The notes under the pieces were generated by a model that did no database searches, was not told the origin of the DNA, and saw only the letters and a program-made list of their open reading frames with translations. The position numbers were made by a program, and so were the translations under genes. From Orbicella franksi (Eukaryota), in NCBI GenBank assembly GCA_964199315.1, contig OZ116702.1:11656001-11720000 (forward strand): a stretch of 64,000 nucleotides of DNA. Direction: 5' to 3'. Below, in pieces: positions 35,934 through 48,400 of this stretch (its first letter is position 1; every line of letters starts with the position of its first letter).

Positions 35934-38685
35934 GTGCCAGATTTCGAAGCGATAATTAACAGATCAAAACACTGGTAACGTTAATTATACCAAGCCGCCG
36001 TCTCCAGGCAGATGGATCGATCAGGCCACAGGAATGCACTAACGTCATGCACTGTAGTTTCTTTCCTCTCCAAATCAAACATTGATCTCCCCTTGCAAAG
36101 ATAGCATTTCGTCTGAACAAGCCTTTGACAGGTACCAGTTGTAAATTTCTAGAGTAGAAGTTTCAGCTTTAGATAGGAAAAAATGGTTTTGCTTGAATGA
36201 GTTGTCAGTTGATGACCGTCATGTGGAAGAATGCATAAGAAATTTCAGTCTTGAAAGTAAAACATATCTGAAGAAGCCGATATGCCGTTTGCAAAATCGT
36301 TTTTCAGTCCACTGAGTCGTGAATGTTCTTTTACACTTAGATCAACTCTTGAGAGCTATTAAATGCAAGGTGAAGACTTGGTGGAGACGCCAACTTGGTT
36401 AGCAATTGTTAAGGTGAACAATGGTAAGTGGCTCTTGACGTTTGTGTTCAATTTGGATTTGTTATTTTCTTTCTACATTTGTCATATATTTCGTTCTGCA
36501 ATTAATTTTGATGAAAATATTCGAAGTAAAGTAACCAACGTATCTATTCTGACAGCTTAAATGTACCTTAATGCTTAATAACTATTGACCTATCATAATA
36601 CGGGAATCACCTTAGTTATTTTATACATAATCTATCCTAAAGTTCTGTTTCAAAGCTAGCCCAATGTCTCCCGGAACAATTAAGGTGCACCAGCAATGCC
36701 CCTAAGCCTGAGAACCAACAGAGGTGGGGTTTCTAAAGAATGAATGAAAAATAGAATTCCTAAATTGACTGAGGTCTACTGCAAACTTAGTGGAATCAGA
36801 AATTCTTGAAGGGTCATTGTAACCACAACCGTTTGCCCACAATTTTGAGTAACATGAGGGTGGGTGACATGAGGATGAGATTACATGATTGTAAAATTAA
36901 TTCAAATTGCCAAGCCTCTGTTCAGTAAGAGATCAAAGATGACTTAAAAATGTGGCCGAGGAAACAAATTAAACAAATCCTGAAATGCTATCACCAATAT
37001 CTGCAATGTGGACCTCCAACATTGGTACAGATTGTCGCGTTTCTCTACATTTCAGCAAAAAAAAACAAAACACCCATTTTAACAAAATAGAGAACGTTGG
37101 AAGAAGACTTTTAAAACTCAGGAAATAACGAGGATTTTCGATTATTTAATAATCTTTAGGGCGAAGACAAATAATCGCAAATATTACATGTTTTGAAAAT
37201 ATTTTAAACAAAGGCCAGATTGTTTCCGGACTGTCAGATTGCTTCCGGATTCCATTTTTCATCACCTGTCTTTTTTATTTGATATATGGTGTCGAAAACC
37301 ACGTCTGGTAATTGACGCTAGGGCGGATTGGGTGTGGTGAGTAAAAATGTTTCTAGTAAATGTGCATTTGCTAAACAGCAACTAGAAATTGAAAGGTAAA
37401 TTCATGCTTTGTGACCATCCAAACCGTGAACGTGATACAGTACAGTTTAAACAAATTACGTGCTTTATTTTTTTTGTTCTTTTCAACTTGCGTGATACTT
37501 CATACTGTTTAGGTCTTATATATACGTTATCTTGCTTACAACCTTTAGGTTGCTATTTAAATCCATTATTCATATTGTGTTTCAGTCATCATAAATTGTG
37601 AATGAACAATTAGTCTTCCGCCTACATTCGGGACTATTTATCAGTTTACAGCGTCATATAAGCCGACTGCCTCTGTACATGAAGAACTGGGATCAGTTCT
37701 ATGGAAAATATTTACACTAGTGTTATGTTTCTTATTACTTAGACTTAATAAGAGAAATTGATTTACAATATTTAGAAGTGTCCAAAGCCGTTTAAATCTA
37801 TGCACAGGTAATCCCTTTTACATATAATCACCTCCCTTTATGCACACAGTTTATACGCCGTTGGTTTCGCTGTTTTATAACCTCTAAGTGACCTAGCGTT
37901 GACCATAGGGTTTGTTATTATGCTTTGCCTTTTTGTTTCAACAAACGACATTTGATGTCTGCGAAAAAGAACAAAATTAACTAAACGTAAATTGCTCATG
38001 GAACCGCAACACGCCGTAGGCAACATCGGTCTAATTCATGTTAATTTTAATTGCCTTTTGCAATGAAAAACATCTCAAGATCAATGCATAGCTCTATAGC
38101 TCGCAAATATTCTTAACGACATCAACCTATTTGATATTAAAAATTGACCGTAACGATTTTTCTTACCATGTTTTCAGTTAATCGTGCTTCCCTGCGAAAC
38201 CGGCTTCCAAGAAGATTGCACGCTGTTGCGCAATAATGAGCTGCTCTTTGCATGATATATAAATTTCAATCATACAACGTTATCTGCCCCTGATAACACG
38301 TTATCATGTACTGTGAAGAAACCCAATGTTACCTGCATGCAGTTGGGTACAAAAGTAAAACCACAAAATTAATAGACGGCCTGGTATATTACAAACCACG
38401 TAACGCAACAATAAACTGTCTTAAGTTAACTTCCACCTTAAGTCTAATTATTGCTCGGCGATATTCACGTCTTTTTCAAGAGCCCTTCGAAACTTTTCCA
38501 AACTCTAAATATATATATATATATTTTTTTTTAACGGCTTCTTCTCTAATCCCACTCCAATATTACTGAGCTAGTACTCGGTTGATGTTTTTAAATCCAC
38601 GCAAGTCGCGACGTCAGCACCATTCTCTTTACAAGACGAAAACTCTTTGCTTCACTTCAAAACTTCGCACGACGGATATATAATG

Positions 38686-39045
38686 TCAGCCGTTTAAACA
38701 CGGTCTGCAGGCGCATTTCTTTGCTTCTGGGTAGCGAATCACTTTTATTACTCCGTGGCAGTTCACTGATTTTTCTTTGATAGTAGCTTCGATGGGTGCA
38801 CAGCACGAGCAACTTGAAGCAAATCCAATTCTATGGCTGAAAGGTTTCGCCGACGACAAGCATTTGCCGCTACAACCAGAAGTTGAAATTTTGAACTTGC
38901 ACCCGTCACTTTGCATCTGGAGGAAGCCTTTTCGCACTTCACAATCTGAAGTTGGTCTTGGCCAATATTGTCTGCTTTTTTGTTTAGCCGTGACAATGAC
39001 GATCAGCAAAATCCCCACCACGACTTTGGAAACGGAAAGCAACAT
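38686..39045 (-). CDS. Secreted cystine-knot hormone-like protein (bursicon/Norrin/glycoprotein-hormone superfamily), 119 aa, 11 Cys
   Basis: ATG at 39045-39043, 20-aa signal peptide (MLLSVSKVVVGILLIVIVTA), Cys at 35,49,58,62,79,81,82,96,111,113,116 forming C-x-G-x-C, S-C-x-C-C and C-x-C-x-x-C. Coding region is uninterrupted; possible 5'UTR acceptors lie just upstream. Confidence 0.92.
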   Translation of the reverse strand: MLLSVSKVVVGILLIVIVTAKQKSRQYWPRPTSDCEVRKGFLQMQSDGCKFKISTSGCSGKCLSSAKPFSHRIGFASSCSCCAPIEATIKEKSVNCHGVIKVIRYPEAKKCACRPCLNG

Positions 39046-42000
39046 TTTTAAAACGCCTGTAGGGATAGAAACAGTTTCGAATTAGCCCTGAAAAGCGGTT
39101 CTTTAGTCTATTATCTATCTAACTGCTCATGGAATTATATGATTGGTATTAAAGACAAAGCGATCCCTCAAGTCCGTGAAAGATCTCATCTAAGACAGCA
39201 GCACAGTGTCTCTAGTGCAACGATGGAGTTTTGATAGTCAATTGAAAGTTGTACAGCACAAAATAACTGGAGTTAAGCTGTGAATTTAAAAATGGATAGG
39301 TTTCTTTAACTGAGAGTAAAAGACCGTATTGACGTCAGACCAGACGCTTAAATTCACAAAACATACAGAAGAAGTGAAATAAATTATTTTTTCTTCTAGT
39401 CTCGCCCGCTCAACTTTCAAAACAATTAACTAGTGTAGGGTGCTAGTTTATTGTAATGAAAGACCTGTTTTGTTTGCAAGTTACATCCTAAAAGCCAAAA
39501 AAGTCCCAATACCCTGCAATATGAGTTTTTTCCTTGTGCAATTTCGATTGTAAACTAGACTGGTTATCTATTTCACCCACCTGGGAGCCCCGTGCCGTGA
39601 AAGCTAGACGTGTATTTGCAGCACTTCAGTCTAAATCCTTTCAAATCGTACTCCTCACTCAAGAGGCGACACGCTTACTACTTCTGCGGCTCGCCAATTG
39701 TTTTCTGATCAGTAATTACCAAAACATAATGAGAACAAAGATTCCCTGTGTACAATGGCCACCGACCCTTCAGTGGATCGAGTTTGACATGTCAACGACA
39801 GTGCTTTACACATCCTCATCTAATCACTCCATTAACGTCAATTGCATTGGTAATAGTTCGACGACGTCAGTTCGACAGCCAAGTTGATTTTATGTGGCAT
39901 ATTTGTCAATGCTTTTCTATGAAAATCATAAACTGTAGGCCACTAAGGTCATGATCTTTATGTTTATATTAGCTCAAAACGGCATTAAATACCTTGCTCC
40001 CGGCACACTTCGGTAATCTGATCGCGTCTGTATCTCAGCGATAGGTTCGACGTCTTCAATAGTCCTTTTCAACGCATGCGTAGGTTTAATTCAGCAATCT
40101 ACAACGAAAATTAACTTTACTTTAGGTTACTACGTACAAACGTTTGACTGAATTAGGCAACGCCAGACTGAGAAAGCAGCGTGCTTCACAAAAACCTGAG
40201 TATGTCGGGAGTTTTAGTCCTCAGACAGTCCAGAAAAATATTTCTGTTTGTTAAAATAACTGAATATTAACCTGCCTTATATTAGAACTAAGTACTTTAT
40301 TTTTTAATTCGAACGGTTAGAAACTATCATCAATTGCGTATCAATTCAATTGCATATCAATAAACTATAATCTGTCATTGTGGTTTATGCTCAATCGACT
40401 TATTAAAACATGATAACTAAGGTTGACTTTCAGAAGTAGGCCAAAAACACAGTCGGGTGCCTATTCGAAGCAATATTTCAGTCTAAAAATTTATTTCAAA
40501 TTAGCCACTCTTCCAAATCAGCGAACACCGTTAAGATTAAAAGCGTTAAGACCTAATAAACTTTCTGTCGCGAAGAAAACATCTCTTATTGTCCGACTTG
40601 AGGAGAAGACATAAGCTCACGGGAGCCAAATGATAATACAATTTAGGATCCAAATTAGTGTCCTGTACAACAATTTTACATGGCTTTTCGTTGACTCTTT
40701 CAGTTGCAGTTGCAGATAAATTTGGAGTGCCTACAGCGTCAAACTCCACAAGATTTCATTGCCTAATTCTTTTAGGGCGAAGGTGGCCAGTTATTGTACC
40801 GAATAACAACACAACGAGAAAATACGGTGACAAGACAAGTAATTGGTGTTAATTCTTCGTGCATCCGTTTCACGAACTAGATAGGACACGAAAAATAATC
40901 AACACTTACGGACGTTTTGAAGTATTTTTGCAGCGTACGTGACCAGAAAACTAAGTATCCTGCGTACTACTATGGGTGTTTTCATGCAATCTGACGAATT
41001 TTCAAGCAAGTGTTTGCTCTCACGGCAGGTGCATCTGTACGTACCTAGATACGATTGAGGAGTGCTGTAACTGGAATCTCCTACACGGGTCTGGAAAGTT
41101 CTTCCTTTAGCGGTAAATCATGTGAGTGGCTTTCAGAACACGAGAGCTAATTAAAGGCTTGACAAAGGTGATTAATTAGGCCTATCATTGCCTGCTGGCT
41201 GGACACACAGAGGAGATCATTAGGTGCATGTGCGGACTGACTAATGAGACCGTTATGCCTTGTCGTTGTGTCACATGTCTATAGCAGGGAGAGTAAATCC
41301 TGTTGCGTCTTAAGCATTTTCAGTGCAAGATTTGATATCTAAATCGTAGTAATTCTAAAAGACGGTGAAATTTTTAACTCCTCACCCAACTTTAAATTGA
41401 TTGGCTACCCTTGATACCACATCATTCTCGCTTACATCGCCTGTGTTAAGTCCGCATTCATCTTGAAGCGGGTTATTCTAAGTTGATTCGATGAATATAT
41501 CAACTTTCACTTCATACACTTCTCTGGTGCAATGTCACGTATGGGAGCTGTTTTGTACAGTTGTACCATTTCTACTTTGTTTAAAATGAATAAATTACCG
41601 ACATAATTTATGCACGGTTAAAAAGTTGTGATGTTGTTTACTCGAACAAGTTTTAAAACGCTTTCCATTTGTCATTTTCAAGAACACATGTACAAGTACG
41701 ATTCAAGAACTAAGGTTTTCATAACGTTTGGCCCAGGATTACTGTTTTTGAGTGGAAGCTTAGTTGTCTTTCAAAGAACCTCAATTACTCTGCGTTTTAT
41801 AACAGAAACTAGCATGCAAAGCCAGATTAAATCATGGAAGTAAGTTATGACCTTAAATCAACTATTATTTCATTATTTGTTAATAGACACAGCACTTTCC
41901 TATCTAACTATTAACTAAACTATTTTGATGACTTTTCTTACTTGGAGGCTTCTTTTCCAAGCTTAAGAGTAAAAGCAGCTTCCATTATCTAATCTGTTCG

Positions 42001-42404
42001 AATTTGTATTTCAACCTTTACTTAGGGGGATATGTGTTTTGTGTTACAATTTGCTTAAAAAAAAACGTGAGAACGTTGAATTGACGCTTTTGCCATCTGT
42101 TAACATTGTTATGCAATTCAAAATGGCGGCTAGATTTCGTCATTTGGCAATCCTCTAGGGACTATATGGCGTGCCAGGTAGAACGAATGTTCTTTTTCAA
42201 CAGAACGCATAGCGTTTCTTTCTGAGTGCATGGTATGACACGTGTTTTGAACAATAATCGATACTGCTATGGAACAGCATTACACGAAGCTGTTTAAGTT
42301 TCATCTGAATGGTCACAAACTAGGCTTCCATTGTAAGGTCACGAACTACAGTTTTGTCGTTTACAGACTTTAAAATCAAAAACGCATTGTACAATACTTA
42401 ACAC

Positions 42405-42633
42405 TATTATAAGGAAGGATGAGCCAAATCCTGGGCTGTTATTGGCTACCGCCCAAGTGGGCAAGATGGGACTATCGTGCCCGCTCGGGATTACCCGCTG
42501 TGTCCCGCAAGAAATTGGTTTTCTTTATGCCACAATCTTTTATTGACCAAGCTTGTTCGATCAAGATGGCTAGATATTGGCCTCGATCAATATCCAGCCA
42601 TCTTGCCCTCGCGCTTTGTCAATAACCCATATG
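42405..42633. mobile_element. Interspersed repeat family B copy (internally deleted)
   Basis: Colinear with 17404-17702 and ends ...GTCAATAACCCATAT. Confidence 0.7.
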
Positions 42634-43158
42634 TACTACACGAAATTACAGCTCAATAGCTTTCATTTGAATGATCAGACACTAGAATCTCGTTTACAAC
42701 GTGTTCTTGAGCTTCTCACTTCTTAATTTGTTTTTTTTAATTCTACCAGGTCTGTTGGCTACCTGCTTATTCCCTTATCAGGCTCGATTTGTCGTTATAA
42801 CTGTTTCTTGAACTTACTGGCTTTTAATAAGTAAATGTAGTCTTTTCAAAATCTGTACCTTTCAGGACCAACGCTACGGACGCCTTAACCGAAAAATCTA
42901 GCCTGCTGTCGGGTTGTTTTTCGTAATTTCTTCCATTCTTCCCCCCACCATGGCCATTGTTGTTCCTCTTTGGTGCGTTTGCACTTTAAAGGTTCTGATT
43001 AAATAATTTTTTCATCGCGAGGCAAGGCAATATATCATTAGAAAAGTTATTTGCACTGAGTGAAGAATCCCAATCACAAACAAGAAAGAAGATTGGTGAT
43101 CTCAAAAACTACTTAGAGCTCAAAACGTCTTTTCCAATTCCAGTACAAACAGCAGCCA

Positions 43159-43309
43159 ACCCCTTCAAGCTTTGCTAACAATGTACAATGCAACCAACTT
43201 CTCTTTCTGCAGTTGTTAAGTTTTTCCCGTACCTACCCCTTCAAGCTTTGCTAACAATGTATAAAGGCAACCAACTTCTCTTTCTGCAGTTGTAAAGTTT
43301 TTCTTGTAC
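43159..43309 (+). repeat. Two-copy tandem duplication, period 76 bp
   Basis: ACCCCTTCAAGCTTTGCTAACAATGTA..GCAACCAACTTCTCTTTCTGCAGTTGT.AAGTTTTTC starts at 43159 and again at 43235. Confidence 0.9.
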
Positions 43310-44802
43310 AAAATTTAAGAAAAAAGCGTAACTTTAATATTGTTGGGTAAATTATCAGCAAAATTACATCTGTGATGGCTCGCAAAAATACCGAGCCTTC
43401 AATATGCTTTCAACGAATTTTCAGTAAATATGAGTTACTATGCTTTCAAGAAATATTAGTAAAAGATAGGCTGCTTACGTTTTGTTGTTCAGTTGAGGGA
43501 TAAATATTCAACAAAAAAAGGGGCAGCGATAAGAAAAACAACCTAACGATGATGCCTGGCTTGACTTGCCAAGTAAGATTACGTCTGAAATCTTTATCCA
43601 AGAAACATTAGTCCTCGAATCTCAAAATCAATTCACTTCAATTCTTCTGGGTTTGAAACACTGTACGTTGAACTAAGAGGCAACGTCTGCTAAACAACGA
43701 TTTCAAAAACGAGGAAAGGAATAACGAACAAAAGTCATCGATAAAAGAATGTTCGTTTACGTATCTTCTATCATAACAACTCGGCAATACTTTATTTTCT
43801 AGGAGAAATATGGGGAAAATTCGGACTGGCATTACACCGGAATCACAATTTAGCAAGTAACTTCACTTTCCCGATCAAGTGGAATCCAAAGATTCCCTTT
43901 ATCTTCACAGGGATAGACAAATATAACGTTTTAGGTTTTTACGTATTGTCAGTTTCCCACGTCTCCGTATAACTCATTTGCTGCTTGTCTGATCAGAACA
44001 ACGAAGCGAACAACTTATTGTCTACATATTCACGTTCGCTATCTACAAATTCAGTTCTGTAGCAATCACAATTATTATACTTTTTTTTCTTTTCTGCTTT
44101 GTATTTAGCACATTTCAATTTGTTATAAGACTTTACAAACAGCAAAACTTTGACGATTCATTATGGAGGAACTTCGACGTAGATGATAACTCCTTTACTT
44201 CCAGACGGTGATTGCCGCAGAGTGTAGGAAAGAATACACAATGAATGTAGAGTCAAATATAAAGAAAGCGTCGATTTCAATAAGGATCTAATAAGAAAGT
44301 GGACCTTGTTTAAAAACTTGAACAACGTAAATTAAACAGTTTTCAAGTTGATGCTGACATTGTCATTGCCATATTGACACTCCCAGTCATGGCAAGAGGT
44401 CTTATCAAATAATAACAAAATAATAAAGTGGAAACATAGAAATTCTTAAAACGTATCAAACCATGGTTTCCAAGCTTTGTACAATTAAAAATCTTATCGG
44501 GAGAGAAATCTATTAAATCCCAATAATGCGAAACTAAAATTTTGTCGAAAATGTATACGACATACAAAAGTGAAACAAATGTCGTTTCCGTTTATGACGA
44601 GCCCTAGCTGTAACAACACAGTGATCAGTCTCTGTTTTTGATAGCTTTCTTCTCATATTTTCAATGGAATGGTGAGATTGAAAAAGTAGCACAATTCAAC
44701 TACAGCTAATTCTCATCCCTTCTGTCAATGATCCTGAAAGCAAGCAGCGTTTGCTAAGTGATATAATCTAATAGCTTTTTGTGTTCGCGACTAAAATAGA
44801 CT

Positions 44803-44849
44803 AAATAATGGGAATAAATAATGGGAATAAATAATGGGAATAAATAATG
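44803..44849 (+). repeat. 13-bp minisatellite (AAATAATGGGAAT) x3.6
   Basis: Read directly from the sequence. Confidence 0.9.
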
Positions 44850-45496
44850 TAACTCCACTCTCACTTAGATTCAATTTAACATGGTATCTTTTTCTCACCT
44901 GGGAAACTTGTCGTTACTCTTCCTAAAGAGAAACGTAAGACGTAGAGAACTATGACGGTTTTTTTTTTCTAAGAGCTGCAACATTTGAAGCGTCAATATC
45001 AGTCGTAGCAAAGACAGCTCGACCAATACTTCGAGATCCCCAAATGCTTTTTTTATGGTGTAAATATGCTTTCAGACAAAGAAATTCGAAAGCATTCTTG
45101 TGAGAAAATTTACAAGATTTACTTTATATATTTTAGCATGAATTGTCAGAGACACAGATACCAAGAGAAGAGAACATGAAATACTCCCATAATCAAGAGG
45201 GTAAAACTGGGTGTGACTTTGCGTGACTGTCGAAAACCTTTCTTCCTTGTAACTTTACTCCAAGAGGAATTTAAACCACATCACAACTCTAAAAAACCGC
45301 TCTTTTAATTGATGTCTTGAGCCCTAAGGTCTTTTATATATCATGCAAATTTCATACCATGTTCCGTGTTGTTCATGCATAAAGTCGGCCCGCTTAGAAG
45401 CAGGCAGTGCAGGCTGAGATTATAAGCTTAATCCAGGCGTACGGCGCTGAATCTCGACAGCCTTCCTCAGTTCAATTTTGTTTGCCCGAAAATTAC

Positions 45497-48400
45497 CTGT
45501 ATTGTACAAATGTATTTACTTCCAGGAAGGCCTTTAGTAGCAACGAGAAAAGCAGTAACGTTGTACACATGTGTTTCGTCCGTCGTTTCGATACCTATAG
45601 CGGCCCTATCTGATGCACTTTATTGCACTACTCATTTCCTTTCGACAGTGCAAAGTTTCTACTCATTTTGAATATGGAGTGATAGTTAAAAGCAATAGCC
45701 GCAATACTGAATAATAGAATAGCATAAAAGATTCACATTTCTTGTATGCCAACCAGGATGGCAATTTTCCATCGACTAAACGATTCCAGTTTTCACTGAC
45801 AAGATCACATTTATCTGACGCTGGTACATGCCACGTCACTTACAAATAACTATCCAGTTGCTGTGATGACTTATGACTTTGTTGTCATGATTTTGTTGTC
45901 AGTTATTGCATTGTTTCCAAATTAAGTTGCTGTACGCTACATAACAGGAATATTTGCTTTCACCCGGAATGTCTTACCTAAGATGTAATGGGAAGACTTC
46001 TTGTGGGTTGAGTTAAAAAATCGAGTATGGGCAGCTGATTTCACAGAACTGAGTTCCAGTTGATGAAGGTTCGTTAGGATTATCTACTTGGATTGTCTTG
46101 CACTACAATGTAGCCCTCGTTCCTGGGGGCGTCATTAAGGTGCTTGTCTTTAAGCCAGATGACAGCAATTAAATGACTTGAGACGCTTTTTCCTTGAGCT
46201 CTAAATAGCTTAAGTGAGATGTCAGACCCATTGAGATTCCAGAATAATCTGAGAAGGAACTGTCTGGTTTCCAAAACGACTGATTTGCATATAAACTTTA
46301 AAATGAATTATAAATAATGACATTAACCAATGTACCTTCCTACGAAGAGAAGAGGTTATGTTGTGATATCAACCAAATAAGTCGTACAGAGTGGGCTCAA
46401 CTGCGGTTGGTGTATATTCCAACGTGAGCAACACTGTCGATGTCAACTGAAGGTGAGCCTCTTCCAGACTTGCTTTCTTGGGGTTTTGTTCAAATAGGAA
46501 CACACATGCACTTAGTCACAAGCCATACCCACAGGTTCATTACTTAATGATTCGTTGTCTTCTGTCTTAGCCGTCCGACTATGCAAATTTTTAACAGTGT
46601 TCTGCTGTTCATACATAAAGCTAGGTCACATGGAACTAAGTGGTGTAGGATTTGGAGTGTTAGCTGAAAAAAACCGCCGGAGCCAAATATCGTAACTGTA
46701 CTGCTCAAATTTAGTAAACCATACATTTTATTTACAGTAAAATTATTGTATCGAGTACGTGTCCTTTGTAAAAGCCTACTGTGGCTGGCATAAAGGCACT
46801 GACCTACTAATTGATTTAGGGACGTTAGAAAATGGGTATCCACTTTGAAGTTACAAAATGGCTTCAACACCTATCAGCAACATCAAGAGAAAACTTCTTA
46901 TTCATTATACGTTTGTTTAACGGGCTAAATTAGACAAAATTTCGGCGCTTTTGCTGGTATTGATAAAAATTAATCCAACCGTAGTAAATCACACAGGAAA
47001 AATAACTTTTTGTGCTCTATTCTTGCGTAGTTAGGTTCAGCTATGCGTACGATACCATGACTAAATACCTTTAAAATATTGCTCCAAACCACCTTACCTA
47101 CGATGTAACTGATGATGAGCTTCTCAGATGGGGGTCGAGTTTAAACTTTGAGTACTGCATACCTATGACGTGCTCTAGTTGACGACATTTTGATTAATTT
47201 CCTTCCTGGTGGCTGATAAATTCAGCTGACAATAATTAAATCCGATTTGACAGACCTTTTCTTAGCTTTGACGCACTTGAATGAGATGTGAGACCCAATG
47301 AAGTCATGATGACAATCCTGAGTAGCTTCGAAAAACAAGTGTTGGAAATCATGTCATGAAAATATCATCAAGAAGATTACCTAGTGTGCTATTTTTGCCT
47401 GGCACGGATCATGTGGCATTTCTACATGCGGATTTTAATGTACATGAGTTCATGTACAAGCTAGAGGATAAATGAAAGCCTGACGGAAGAAGCATGTTCA
47501 GTTACATACAGTAACGATGTTGAATATAATATAATAACGATAAATTAAAGATATGTTGTATTGCTAAACACGTTGTAGTAACAGCTTGTTCATAACTGCT
47601 GTTTTTTCGTCCTCATCAGAGCAACTGTACAGCAACTGGAAACAGCTCACGCATGGGCACTTATGTGCGACGTTATGATCAAAACAAGTCTATCTAAACT
47701 GCCATGCATTTTTCGAAAGCTGTTTCCAGTTTTGAACATTCACATAAAGAGAGAGACAGTGGTCTTGAACTTTGTACATGTACATATAATATATTAAGCA
47801 CTACAACGTATTTTGCATTCAAGCATACGGAACCAGAAACTGATTTACCTCAAGAAATTAAAGATATGCTCTTTTGCTAGACACATCGTAATAACAGCGG
47901 GTTCATCACCGATTTTGTTTTCGTCCTCATCAGAGCAACTGTACAACAACTGAAAACAGCCCACGCATGGGCAACTATGTGCGACGTAATGATCAAAACA
48001 AGTCCATCTAAACTAACATATTTCGAAAGCTGTTTCCAGTCTTGAACATTCACATGAAGAGAGAGACAGTGGTCTTGAACTTTGTACATATAATGTATGA
48101 AGCACTACAACATATTCTGCATTCAAGTATACGGAACCAGAAACTGATTTACCTCCATACACGAAACTTGTTAGAGTTTCTTGCCATGTGATCTTAAACA
48201 GCATCTGGCGTCATAATTAACTTTTCTGAGAATTACAACATTGCTTGCAAACATTCCCGCTACTTGTACTTATATTTTCTTTGTAACAGTCCAAATGGTA
48301 CGTTCTCAAATGACTGCAACTTGTAACTTGTAAACACTTAAAAAGCGATATGGCAAAGTAGGAGGTGGAACTTACACTTGATGTTCACACAGGCAACATT

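Noticed and set aside
38686-39045. Assigning the gene symbol Burs, NDP, GPHA2 or a TGF-beta/DAN name
   Set aside because: It mixes features of several families, lacks a TGF-beta prodomain, and has more cysteines than DAN proteins; orthology cannot be fixed without a phylogeny.
43555-43670. WLDLPSKITSEIF as an F-box motif
   Set aside because: Short isolated match in a stop-bounded frame with no start, splice or downstream domain support.
47222-47226. In-frame TGA in the FN3-like exon as selenocysteine or readthrough
   Set aside because: It aligns to Trp, not Cys, and the same exons also contain TAA stops and frameshifts.
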